The notes beneath the pieces are model-generated. The model saw nothing but the letters and a program-made list of their open reading frames with translations. It did not search any database and was not told where the DNA came from. A stretch of 64,000 nucleotides of DNA from contig JAANOX010000234.1 in NCBI GenBank assembly GCA_020184695.1, positions 1 through 64,000 on the forward strand, in the 5' to 3' direction. The translations under genes and the position numbers were made by a program. Below, one piece after another: positions 1-10,560 of this stretch. The DNA is from Histomonas meleagridis 2922-C6/04-290x (lineage: Eukaryota > Protista > Parabasalia). The stretch's first letter is position 1, and each line of letters opens with the position of its first letter.

Positions 1-604
1 AATATGGAAGAAATCGAATCAGAAGAAATCGATGCGACACAAAACATACAAAACCTTAAAGCTGCCGAAGGTACATTACCTGCGTTTTTGATCTCTTGTG
101 CTACTCCAATCTTTGCAGCGTCTTCAGCAATTGTTAAAAGAGCTCAAGAAATCACTGCGCAATTGTTAGCAAACTTCGGAAAAATAGATAACGAAAGAGG
201 TCTAATTCGAGCTGCACAAGACTTATCAGAGGCAGCGGAATTGTTGTTAATATGCGCTGAGATATTAGTGACGCTCGAAAAAGACGCGGGTTTAAAGTTA
301 TAGCTGCTTCAAAATTATTAAGGCATCAATCGCTGCATTGGTGTCACAAGTGCTCGTGAAAGGTGGTGACTCGGAGGGAATCATGAGTAAGCACGTGAAA
401 GAAGTCGCGCGTTACTCAGATAGCGTAATCGCAAGAGCAGAGCAAATTGTGGACGAGAAATTAAACGAAGAAGAAGCAAAGAAGCCGCAGAAGAAGACGA
501 ATAACCCAATGATTAGAAAGCTAAACATGCAACAGGTGGTAAACCAAAACAGAAAACAATTACAAGATGAAGAAAGAACTCTTTATCAATTCCGTCGTAA
601 GTAA
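1..604 (+). CDS. 3' end of talin/Sla2/HIP1R-like I/LWEQ-domain protein; gene starts before the window; two apparent 1-nt deletions at ~295 and ~315
   Basis: ORFs 4..303 and 338..604 join as ...DAG-FKVIAASK-IIKASIAALVSQVLVKG...IRKLNMQQVVNQNRKQLQDEERTLYQFRRK if one base is added in each of two short homopolymers. This resembles the I/LWEQ C-terminal helices. Confidence 0.6.
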
Positions 605-658
605 ACATTTGCAAAATAATAAAATTCTACAAATGTATTTTCTGTGATGAAATTTTAA

Positions 659-828
659 TGCAGTGAGAAATGTGTTCGAAAATGTGTTAATGCACACAAA
701 GTAATCATTTCAATGCAAAAAATGTCTGAATGTGAATAACTGCAGTGAGAAATGTGTTCGAAAATGTGTTAATGCACACAAAGTTATCATTTCAACGCAA
801 AAAATGTCTGAATGTGAATAACTGCAGT
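659..828. repeat. Direct tandem duplication, 82-bp unit x2 plus a few bases
   Basis: TGCAGTGAGAAATGTGTTCG... starts at 659 and 741; TGCAGT recurs at 823. The two copies differ at about 2 positions. Confidence 0.95.
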
Positions 829-1294
829 AAGAAAAAATGATTTCCAAAAATCATTGGGTTATTCGTAATGTTAAAATAATATAAAGGACAAAATTCAAAG
901 GTTTCGTTATTTTTATAATTTTACAAAGAGATACATTTCGGAATGAAACTTGATTTGCCGCGAAAAAAGAGGTCGTTTAGCGATAGAGGCCGTTTGTGTT
1001 TTTTGACGTTAAAAGTGAACTTTTTGTTTATTCTCAAATTTGTTTGTTTTTGAAATATAAATATTTTATTATATTTTCAACAAAAAGACAAAAAAATTTA
1101 TTCATAATTATAACTTAAATATTTTAGTTTAGTTAAATAAAATAAAATTAAGTTATAATTTTTATTTAAAGTTATTTGTGTTCGATTAAATTATATCAAA
1201 TTTGTGAGACTGTCAATATTTGATATAATTTAAAAGTATCGTCTGTGAAATAAAGCGGTTAATGAGCGGGCAAATTGACACTTTATAAATAAAA

Positions 1295-2029
1295 ATGCGC
1301 GCGCTCCTTTCTGTGATCAAAGCTGACGACTTGGCGGGATTGGAAAAGTTCCTCCAAAATGGTGTTGACATCGATTCTCCCATCAGGTATAGGTCTGTAG
1401 CAATACCAGATATACTTCAAAATGGACCATCGCTGATTTGTGCAGCTGCTTACTTTTCAGCATTAAAATGCTTTAGATACCTATTCTTGAACGGTGCTGA
1501 TACTTTATTTGTTGATGACTTCCAAAGGAAGCTTGTTCACTTTTGCTTCTGCTGGGAGGATCAACCGAAATTCAAATATTTCTGACAGCAAAATATTGAC
1601 TTTTTCAGCTGTTGACAAAGAGGGAAACACACCAGTCCATTACGCAGTGATGTTTAATCATTACAAGAATGGTTTTATTACCTTTGGAGCAATTCATCAT
1701 GTAATCTTTAACTATCTTAAACAAAAGAAAATATGTCTCCTCTTCACATTGCTGTCACAAACGAAGAAATTAAGATGGTTAAGTTTCCTTTGTGAAAATG
1801 GTTGTAACATTAATGCAAGTAGATGATTGGATTAACTCCACTTCATATTGCAGCATGTAAGCCAAATATAGAGTTGATAAACACATTGATACAAAATGGC
1901 GCTGATGTGAGGATTAAGGATAACACTGGTTGCCTTCCTTATCATTGGGCAATTCTGATGAAGCATCAACACATCCAAAACTTTCTTTTGGAAAGCGGAT
2001 CCTTCCAAGACGCCGTTGTTACTCACTAA
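1295..2029 (+). CDS. Ankyrin-repeat protein split over three ORFs by several frameshifts (assembly errors or pseudogene)
   Basis: Ankyrin motifs AAAYFSALKCFRYLFLNGAD, DKEGNTPVHYAV, GLTPLHIAACKPNIELINTLIQNGADVRIKDNTGCLPYHWA occur in successive frames. Confidence 0.8.
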
Positions 2030-2196
2030 TTTTTGTTTAATAAAGCTTTTATATGAAATCAAATTGAAAAATTCTGTGTGAATGTTTTGGCCAAATCATC
2101 ACCATTCCTACAGTGATAATTATTAACAAATATCTCTAAATCTATTGATCAAAATCGAAATAAGAGAACGGCTCTTTATTTCGATATCTCAAGATC

Positions 2197-2862
2197 AAAT
2201 TTTATAATCGTTATGGTTTCTCATTAGATGCTGATTTATATGTGCCAATTAATTCTCAAGGCAAACTTCCAGTAATTGCAGCTTGTGGTCCCCTCGGAGC
2301 TGATAAAGAATAAGAAGCTGGTCTTTATGCACAAACTTTAGCTGAAAGTGGCTTTTTAACAATTGTCACATTTGACCCATCATATACAGGCGAAAATTGC
2401 ATACAACTTATGTTGCTTCTCCAGATATCAACAATGAAGATTATCAAGCAGCTGTTGGTTATATATCAATACCTAATGACGTTGATACTAAAAAGATTGG
2501 AATCATTGGTATCTATAGATGGTGATGTTTTGCTATTAATGCTGCAGAAACTTATCAAAGCAACTGTTACATCAATAATGTAAGATATGACACACATTAC
2601 AGCGCAAGGATACTTTGGTAGCGAAAACACTAAAGAAGTTCGTTATCAAAAGACTAAAAGTTTCTGAAAACAAATGAATACCGACTATATATGAATTGGT
2701 ATTGTTGTTGTTGATCAGCTTCCATAAGATGCGACATTCTTTGTTAAGGATTACCATGATCACAAGACAAGCGTTGTTATCATAAGAGATCAATCAATTC
2801 AAATAATGAATTTAATGCAACTTCTCCACTTTCATTATTGAATATGCCAATTTTACATTATA
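2197..2862 (+). pseudogene. Decayed bacterial-type alpha/beta hydrolase (YcjY/COG1073-like)
   Basis: Manual translation across frameshifts: FYNRYGFSLDADLYVP..GKLPVIAACGPLGADKE*EAGLYAQTLAESGFLTIVTFDPSYTGE / VASPDINNEDYQAAVGY..VDTKKIGIIGIYRW*CFAINAA / IKATVTSIM*DMT..GYF / KDYHD..KRCYHKRSINSN..NATSPLSLLNMPIL. In-frame stops at 2311, 2523, 2581 and further downstream. Confidence 0.85.
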
Positions 2863-4371
2863 AAATATTGAAAAAGCACATTTTTATTACTTCAACAAAA
2901 ATTAAGTGCAAAAAAATCAACAGTTGATTTATTATATATTTTGTACATTAGTATAACGTTTAAATATTGCTTGAAAATCTACTTTTGTCTCTCTCCTAAT
3001 TAATTTTTGCTTGCTCCTCTCTTTCTTTCGAATTTTTATGATTGGTATCTAATCACATTGAATCTCAAATAAGATCATTAATAATGCTGAAATTTATATT
3101 TTATATCATATTTTATTACATTGAAATTTTGTTTACTAAAAAAAATTTCTTGTAATTTTTATATACAGACCTTTTTGCATTTAGGCACATGAAGTCAGTA
3201 CATTTCCTGGCAAAAAACGTTTAAAAAATGTTAAAAAGTGGACAATTTTTAAGAGGAATCGTATTTCCAGGGCATAACGGTCGTTTCCATTGAATTATTG
3301 TTGTGTTGAACAAGTGAAAAGTTTCATAAAATACATTCTCAATAATAACCATAAATCATTCTAAATTTATTAAACGGAATCTTTTAAATTAATTATGGAA
3401 AATACCAAGTATGAATTACATTTAACAATATGTAAATCAATTTAGAAAATATCAAAAAATTTCACAATGTATTCAAACAAAAGGAATATGTTACACATTT
3501 TTGTTAAATTTCAATGAAAACTGCTATCATAATAATTAAAGCATATGCTTTATTGCAATAAATCTAATTAAGAATGTTGTTATAATTCCATTTGTAATTC
3601 ATGAACGTAAGCCAACTTAATCAATATGAAAACAAGAAAATTAACATCATTACATAAATTTTAATGCTTAAATTAAAAAATTATATGAGCTATTATGATA
3701 TATATATGAAATTTTTTATCCCAATGACGATACATTTTACAACGTAATTTCCACAAAAATTTGGATAATCGCTTAAATCTACCAACTTTTTAAATGACAA
3801 ATATTCAATACTTTATAAAAGCTTTTTGAATAAAATCACAAAAGCAAGAAATAAAAACATTGGTATTATAATACTTATAAAAATAAATATTTATAAGTCA
3901 GAACAATATAACAATAAGAATTAAATTTTTTATTAATATAATTAAATTGTTTGAAAAATAAATAGAAAGTACCCCTTTTTCTTGTGAATCAATATACTCT
4001 GATAGAATTATTGCCAGTGCATAAGAACCTAGAAAAAGTTTACCTGGGGAATAAAGAAAAAGTTATATACCGATCATACACACCGGTTATTTGAACGATA
4101 GATATATCGGTGATTCAAAAAATCTATCGTATTTTTTTCGAAAAAATTTTATAATTTTTTATGTGTTCAATCAATCTTATCAAAATTTATAACATAATCA
4201 CTACTCTTTGTCTTCATATTATTTGTAATTATGAAATGCTTATAAATGCAATAGATAAAAATTCATTTTTTGATCGTTTTTCTATTCAAAAAGTGACTGG
4301 GGAAGATTTTTAAGGTTTAGTACTTTTTCACTTCACTTTGACTCCAAGAAAAAAAATTCATCATAAGCACA

Positions 4372-6302
4372 ATGTCGAATGATTCCATAAAACCCACAGA
4401 AATTGGTAATTTTGATTCCAAATTTCGATCTACTACAATTGAATTACTTTTAAAACTTGAGCAAATCATATTTAATCTAGCTGAAGAAAATTTTGAGTCA
4501 GCAGTCGAACAAACAAAAAATTTATTTGATTTAGATTTACTGTATTCATATAACTTGATTATTAGTAATTTAGTTTATATATCATATATATCAAAAAAAT
4601 GTAAGTGAGATTTTTATAAAATATATTGAAACAATGCAAGAAAAAGAAAATGAAATTAATGGGAGCATCCCTAAAATTTCAGAAATTTTTTATCACATCA
4701 TCTCCAAAATTAAACTAAGAATTTTTCATTGTCATTTTTGTATAAACAATTCACAAGAATATTATTTAATTGAGAAAATGATAGAACGAAATTTACTTGA
4801 TAAAAATATTGTTAAAAACATTTCATCAAAATATTTTGCTCATTATAAAACAGAAAATGAAAACAAAAAAATAAATTCTAATGGTAAAATAGATCCATTT
4901 TATGATTCTTTTTCAAATGATTATGAAAGAATGTTTATTGAGAATTATGAAGAACTTTCAAAGAATGATTTTGAACTTCATAAGAAATATATTAAAGAAG
5001 GACATAACCCAAATGAAATTGCGAAAATAATTCGAAAAGATGAAATCGAAAAACTTCAAGAAATATCATCACAAACAAATTTTGATTTTAATCAAACAAT
5101 TGAACCATCACTTTATGAAAGATGTGACTTTATTAATCAATATAATGTTTCATTAATTGATTATGCAGCATTTTTTGGTTCAGTTAAATGTTTTAAATAT
5201 TTACTTATGAATGATGCAAATGTAACTAATACATGTAAATATGCAGTTGCAGGTGGAAATATAGAAATCATTCATTTATGTGAACAAAAATATTTATCAT
5301 TTGAAGATGCATATGAAACAGCAGTTATATTTCATCAAAATGATATCTTTAAATATCTTTATGAAAACAAATTAGAAAAAACTGATCTTTTAAAAAAATT
5401 AGCTATTACATGTGTTTTGTTTCACAATTATGATATTCTTTTGTTTTTGCTTGAAGAAGGATTGCAAATTAATGAAGATATTATTAACGAATCAGCAAAG
5501 GTAGGAAACATATACTTTGTCAACCACTTTTTTGAATGTGGTGAATTTTCAGAGAGTATTTTACCCAATTCTTGCGTATCAGAAAATATTGAACTTGTTA
5601 AATATGTATTAGGAAAAGAAGGAATTAATATTAATGCAAAAGCTATTTATTTTAGTGATTTTATATTTCATAATAATATTTGGAAATTATATAAATTATT
5701 TGAAACAGCAATTATGTATGCATCTAGATATGGTAATACAGAAATAGTTAAATTACTTCTTGAACAAGAAGGAATTGATGTTAATGCTAAAGATATTTAT
5801 TTGTTTTATATAAAATTTATTTGAATAATTTTATCAAATTTCAAAATAATATTTGGAAATTATTTAATTTACTTAAAACAGCACTTATGATAGCATCTTT
5901 TAAAGGTATTACAGAAATAGTCAAATTACTTCTTGTAAAAGAAGGAATTGATGTTAATGCTAAAAGTATTTGATTGTTTTATTAAATATTTATTTTAATA
6001 ACAGTCTATTTCAAAATAATATTCAAAATTTATTTATATTAAATAAAACAGCACTAACAAATGCTTCAAAAAATGGTTATACAGAAATAGTTAAATTACT
6101 TCTTGAACAAGAAGGAATTGATATTAATTCTAAAAATGAAATTTATATTAATAATTTTATATTTCAAAATAATATTTGGAAATTATTTAAATTACTTAAT
6201 ACAGCACTTATGAAAGCATCTCAAAATGGCCATACAGAAATAGTTAAATTACTTAAGAAACACAATGCTAATGAAAAATTATATTGGTTTAATACGAGCT
6301 AA
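4372..6302 (+). CDS. Trichomonad-type ankyrin-repeat protein (DUF3447-like N-terminal region); interrupted at ~4606 and by spacers inside the repeats
   Basis: ORFs 4372..4608, 4634..5824 and 5970..6302. Motifs SLIDYAAFFGSVKCFKYLL, YAVAGGNIEIIHLCEQ, and repeated TALMxASxxGxTEIVKLLLEQEGIDxNAKD. Confidence 0.8.
5645..6200 (+). other. Four AT-rich spacers between the NAK(D) and TAL codons of ankyrin repeats: 5645-5704 (60 nt), 5795-5877 (83), 5968-6047 (80), 6138-6200 (63)
   Basis: Counted by hand. Three share a TTTCAWAATAATATTTGGAAATTA core; 5968-6047 has a diverged version of it. Confidence 0.9.
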
Positions 6303-6397
6303 TTCAAAAAATTTCGACACTGGCAAATCAAATAAAAATTGAAATATTGATTTGATTTTGTTATTTATATTTATTTTAAAATACACATAAATAAAAT

Positions 6398-8464
6398 TTA
6401 TTTTATTATTTCTTCAAAATTATAATTTGATAATCCCCAATCATCTCTATCATAATAAGGTTTACATGATGGACATCTTCCAATGCAGCAATATTCATTT
6501 CTTACCTGTTTTTCATTCTCAAATCCAATTCTTCTAAAACCAATAGGTTCATGTGATTGATGTAAGAACACAGGCAACAGATACATTCTCGGATAACCCG
6601 GTAACAATTTCATCATTCTAGCAATAAATACAGTATCAGTACCAGGATTAGCCGGAACCTCATTAAAACCTTGTGATATATTCCACATTACTTTAGACAG
6701 TAACGTAAAATCACCAGGTGCACAAGGCTCAGCTTTAATTTTATAAGTTTCACATGAATCGAAAATAGCAAATCTATCATTAGTTTTACACCACGAATCG
6801 ACATTTATATTTTTAAGTTTCCATGTCTCAGATATAAATGAAATTAATTCATTCATAGTTATATTATTTTTATTTAATGTATCGCTACGTAAATTCCATC
6901 GTAAACTTCGATAATAAATTGCTGTATTAAATTGATGAGTAGAAACAATTTCAAAAAATTCAGTAGAAAATAAACAATCGCCATTAGTAGCTAATATAAA
7001 TTTCCCTTTCGATCGACGTATCCCAATATTCTTTGCAATATATTCGAAAAAGGCATAACGTGAGTTTAATCTTGTGTTAAGCATTTTATGTATATTCGGT
7101 GGAACGATAATGAAACGTATTTTCCCTTTAAGTCCCAATGGGACAGATATTGTATCGGATAAAAGTGAATTATGTAGTGGTGTCGCATAATCAACAAATA
7201 CTATTTCGATATTCGCTAATGGAACATATTTAAGTCCATAATCTATGGACTTTAAAAAGTTCTCAGCACGTTTTTCGAAGCCATTAGAATAATTATCATG
7301 TCGACCTCCAACTACTATAGAAAGATATGGTTTACTAATATTATCATTTCCAATCTGAAAATTTTTATATTCGCTTTGAAGAATTGATTTAATATTAACG
7401 TTTTTGTTGTTGTCATTATAAATTATTTCATCAAAATTGCTTGAAATATTAATTTTATGTGAATAATTTCGGAAATTTAATATACAATTTGATAGACTTT
7501 GTGATTGAATAACTGTTTTAATAGCTTCATCAACATTTAGTGATGAATGCCCTTGAAATAAAATGTGTTTTCCTGTTGTTTGATCATGAAACTGCTTAAT
7601 AATAAATTCGGCTGCTTCATCAGATGTTATACTTTGATATTTTGTAAAGGGTAAAAATTCAATATTTGTATATCCGACTTTTTTACATTCACGAACAGCT
7701 CTCATTGTTGGATTTTCAAGATCTTTTATAGCTTTAGAATCAATTAAAAATGGCATTTCAATAACACTTGCATTAAATTTAAGAATAGTTCTTGCAATGT
7801 TTTCAAAAACCGGTTGAGGTGCCCCAAAAATAAATTTAACGTTTTTTTGATGCAAATACTTGGAGATTCCTTCAATGTACTTAGTGGAAACATAATTAAT
7901 ATAATGAAAACCATCGGAAAATGTATGACGAATTAAAGGTGGCTGATAAACAATGTAAGCCTCTTTGATATTGACAGTATCAAGAACTTTGTAAGTATCA
8001 TTTGAGGAAAAATCAATTTCATTAATTCCTTTAACAGAAACAAAAGGTATATTTTCACGAACAAAAATACGCTTTAGTGCGGAGCCCAGAACTGTATTTC
8101 GTCCAACAATGAGAACATGAGGTGTATTATTTTTTGTGATATCAATATTTTTATCAAAGATGCGAGCAAACTCAGAATTGAATCGCTTTCTGTCAATGCA
8201 CTGTTCAGTTGTGTTAAAAATATATTCTGGATATGAAAAATCAAGATTTTTTTCTAATGATCCCATTTGTGGTATTGTAACTGCTCTAAATGGATCTAGA
8301 GATTGTGGTTTCTTTCTGGATACAACAATATATTCGATTTTAATTTGATTAATAAAATATTTTTGAAAAAAAAATTGTGTATAAAGGAACTCTATAAAAG
8401 CTAATAAAAGTAAAAATTTGATATTGATGTTAATATTTTTTGAGAATGATGCAAATGTTTTCAT
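6398..8464 (-). CDS. Type II membrane protein with a degenerate Rossmann (RmlD/epimerase-like) domain followed by a GT-A/GT2-like glycosyltransferase domain
   Basis: 688-aa ORF. N-terminal hydrophobic anchor; HVLIVGRNTVLGSALKRIF..EIDFS; YLSIVVGGRHDNY..IEIVFVDY..KNIGIRRSKGKFILATNGDCLF. Confidence 0.6.
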   Translation of the reverse strand: MKTFASFSKNININIKFLLLLAFIEFLYTQFFFQKYFINQIKIEYIVVSRKKPQSLDPFRAVTIPQMGSLEKNLDFSYPEYIFNTTEQCIDRKRFNSEFARIFDKNIDITKNNTPHVLIVGRNTVLGSALKRIFVRENIPFVSVKGINEIDFSSNDTYKVLDTVNIKEAYIVYQPPLIRHTFSDGFHYINYVSTKYIEGISKYLHQKNVKFIFGAPQPVFENIARTILKFNASVIEMPFLIDSKAIKDLENPTMRAVRECKKVGYTNIEFLPFTKYQSITSDEAAEFIIKQFHDQTTGKHILFQGHSSLNVDEAIKTVIQSQSLSNCILNFRNYSHKINISSNFDEIIYNDNNKNVNIKSILQSEYKNFQIGNDNISKPYLSIVVGGRHDNYSNGFEKRAENFLKSIDYGLKYVPLANIEIVFVDYATPLHNSLLSDTISVPLGLKGKIRFIIVPPNIHKMLNTRLNSRYAFFEYIAKNIGIRRSKGKFILATNGDCLFSTEFFEIVSTHQFNTAIYYRSLRWNLRSDTLNKNNITMNELISFISETWKLKNINVDSWCKTNDRFAIFDSCETYKIKAEPCAPGDFTLLSKVMWNISQGFNEVPANPGTDTVFIARMMKLLPGYPRMYLLPVFLHQSHEPIGFRRIGFENEKQVRNEYCCIGRCPSCKPYYDRDDWGLSNYNFEEIIK

Positions 8465-8800
8465 CTCATAACTTAAAACATAAAAAACTCATAATTGGAA
8501 TGTTTACAAAGACATTTTACACATTAAAATTTGGATCGAACGATATACAACGATGATATTGAAAAAAGTTTTAATGCATCGTTATGTCAGATTTTTTGAT
8601 CCGACATTTCAGGACAAAGTGAAGTGACTTAACGTCTATATTTGTACGAGCTTTGCTGATTAAAACAACAAAAACATTCTAAGATCCAAAAAATTTTCAA
8701 ATGAAGAAAAATGTTATTTTATACATTATACGTCAAACGGATATATTAAGAAAAGAATTTAAAGAAAAAAGAACAATTTTTTTTTTTTTTGAAATCACAT

Positions 8801-8978
8801 GAAAAAAATTATAAAGAACTTAAAAAGAATGATTGGGAACTTCATAAGAAATTAATTAAAGGCGGAATTAATCCAAATAAAATTGTGAAAATAGTTTGAA
8901 ATGATGAAATTGATAAACTTCAAAAAATATCATCACAAACAAATTTTGACTTTAATCAAGCAAATAAACCTTGTGAAA
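8801..8978 (+). pseudogene. Internal fragment of the same ankyrin/DUF3447-like family
   Basis: Reads NYKELKKNDWELHKKLIKGGINPNKIVKIV*NDEIDKLQKISSQTNFDFNQ, matching NYEELSKNDFELHKKYIKEGHNPNEIAKIIRKDEIEKLQEISSQTNFDFNQ in ORF 4634..5824. Confidence 0.85.
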
Positions 8979-9049
8979 CACGTTTATAGATTAATCGAAG
9001 ATGTGTTACATTAATGTAACCTTTGCAGCACAAAAGGTTCTATGGCCAT

Positions 9050-10422
9050 GTTTTTATATGATGAGTTTCCATTTGACCACCAACTAACGTGTGCAAAGAA
9101 TTTGTGATGGCATTGAAGCAATCATAAACTCAAATATCAACAAAGGCACAATAGGACCACATCTTGCGATTGATACCTTTATCCAAGATTATAGAGATAC
9201 CAATCATCGTAATTATTTTTTCCTTACATTGCTGAAAGTGCTGTTGGTGTTTATGATGTTACATATGATTATTCTGATAGCCAAGATTAACTAGCATATC
9301 AGCCAGGACTAGTACATCTTCGATTGATATATCCTCCAATTTCACTTGTACCAAAATTTATGAATAATTTTCCATCCAACATGATGTTACGAGTACAATT
9401 TTTACTTTTAACCAATGTAATTCATAGTGATTCAGAGTTAAATTTCATAGAGATTCAAAACACGTCAAAAATTAATGTTGTAAAGTTTCTCTTGCATCTA
9501 ATGAATGACAATTTTCAGAGTATATCGAATATGAATTATGAACTGTTCATTGTTTCCCTAATTATGTTTGCTCTTCATATTATGTAGATACAACTAGAAC
9601 GCCAAACATTGATCCATGGATTTTGTTACAAAAAAATCACTTAATTAAATCGGAAGATGGTTCTCTGTTATGGTTTAGAAATAAATACGAATCAGAAATA
9701 TGGGAAGATGAACATACAACAACAAAACTTCAAAACGTTTACATTGGATTCAAATATAATAAAAACATTAATTTATGGAATTTAGAAATGAAAGGACTTA
9801 ATTTAATCGGAAGTTATACACCTGGGAAACTTACAGCTAATGAAATTATCACAGATACAAATTCATTACAAGTTACGCAGAATTTTCTTTATGGCAATTC
9901 GATATCAATACAAAACTGCGAAGTAAATCAAATTGAAGCAAAAGAAGATAAAGTAAATGTAAATGGCGCTGATGTTATAATTTTGGTGATATTGAAATTA
10001 AAGTAACATCAGAGATATTAACAATTACACTCGCAACAGACAACATGCCAAAGCTGAAAATTACAAGTGACAACCAAATCAATGTGCAATAAACAGAACT
10101 TTCCCTAGCAAACATCCCAAACAAACCACAGAACCTAGTGAACATTCACCTGAAACAACAATAGAAGCGACATCAGAAATAAGTGGGCAAATAACATCTG
10201 ATCTAGCGAACAAAATACTCCAGGATAACAAATGAACACACAACAGCTGTCGTGAGCGAAGTAATTGAACAAACAACAGAAGTGAGCTCATTAGGCGATG
10301 CAACCAATGAAGATGAAACAGAGAGAACGGAAATTTTAGCATTAACCATCTTTGTTACTATATTGTTCATCATACAAAAGAAAAGGAAAGCAACAGGCTC
10401 AGGCATGGGACCTAAAGTATAG
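9050..10422 (+). pseudogene. Decayed type I surface-protein gene (ectodomain remnants, Thr/Glu-rich stalk, truncated TM, KKRK tail)
   Basis: Protein-like fragments in shifting frames with many stops; ends TTEPSEHSPETTIEATSE..TTAVVSEVIEQTTEVSS..LALTIFVTILFIIQKKRKATGSGMGPKV*. Confidence 0.55.
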
Positions 10423-10560
10423 ATTTTATACATAAATAATATATTTACCGCAGAATTTTATTCATTTTATGTTCTGACTAACAGAAGAAGTTTCACGTCA
10501 AAACCGAATTTGACTTTGAAAAAATCTGGAAACCGCTGAAGGGACAGCAAAATCATCGAA

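Noticed and set aside
290-320. Programmed frameshifts in the I/LWEQ gene, the 1.3-2.0 kb ankyrin gene, 7TM (~23727), Spt5-like (~53440-53485) and BspA (~57713)
   Set aside because: Mostly 1-2 nt changes in homopolymer runs, the typical long-read error; unlike the ankyrin spacers they are not repeated at constant length.
2197-2862. Alternative genetic code (TAA/TGA read-through) to explain in-frame stops
   Set aside because: Stops replace different expected residues and coexist with frameshifts; long intact genes have no internal stops and end in TAA or TGA.
4038-4140. U1 snRNA-like hints (TTACCTGG, GATCA, T-run) and a 9-bp inverted repeat ACGATAGAT/ATCTATCGT at 4095-4130
   Set aside because: 5' motif imperfect, spacing wrong, stem-loop II motif absent; not supportable without a covariance search.
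4601-4640. Possible intron GTAAGT...CAAG linking ORFs 4372..4608 and 4634..5824
   Set aside because: The join creates a TAA and no ACTAAC branch motif is present; a simple indel is more likely.
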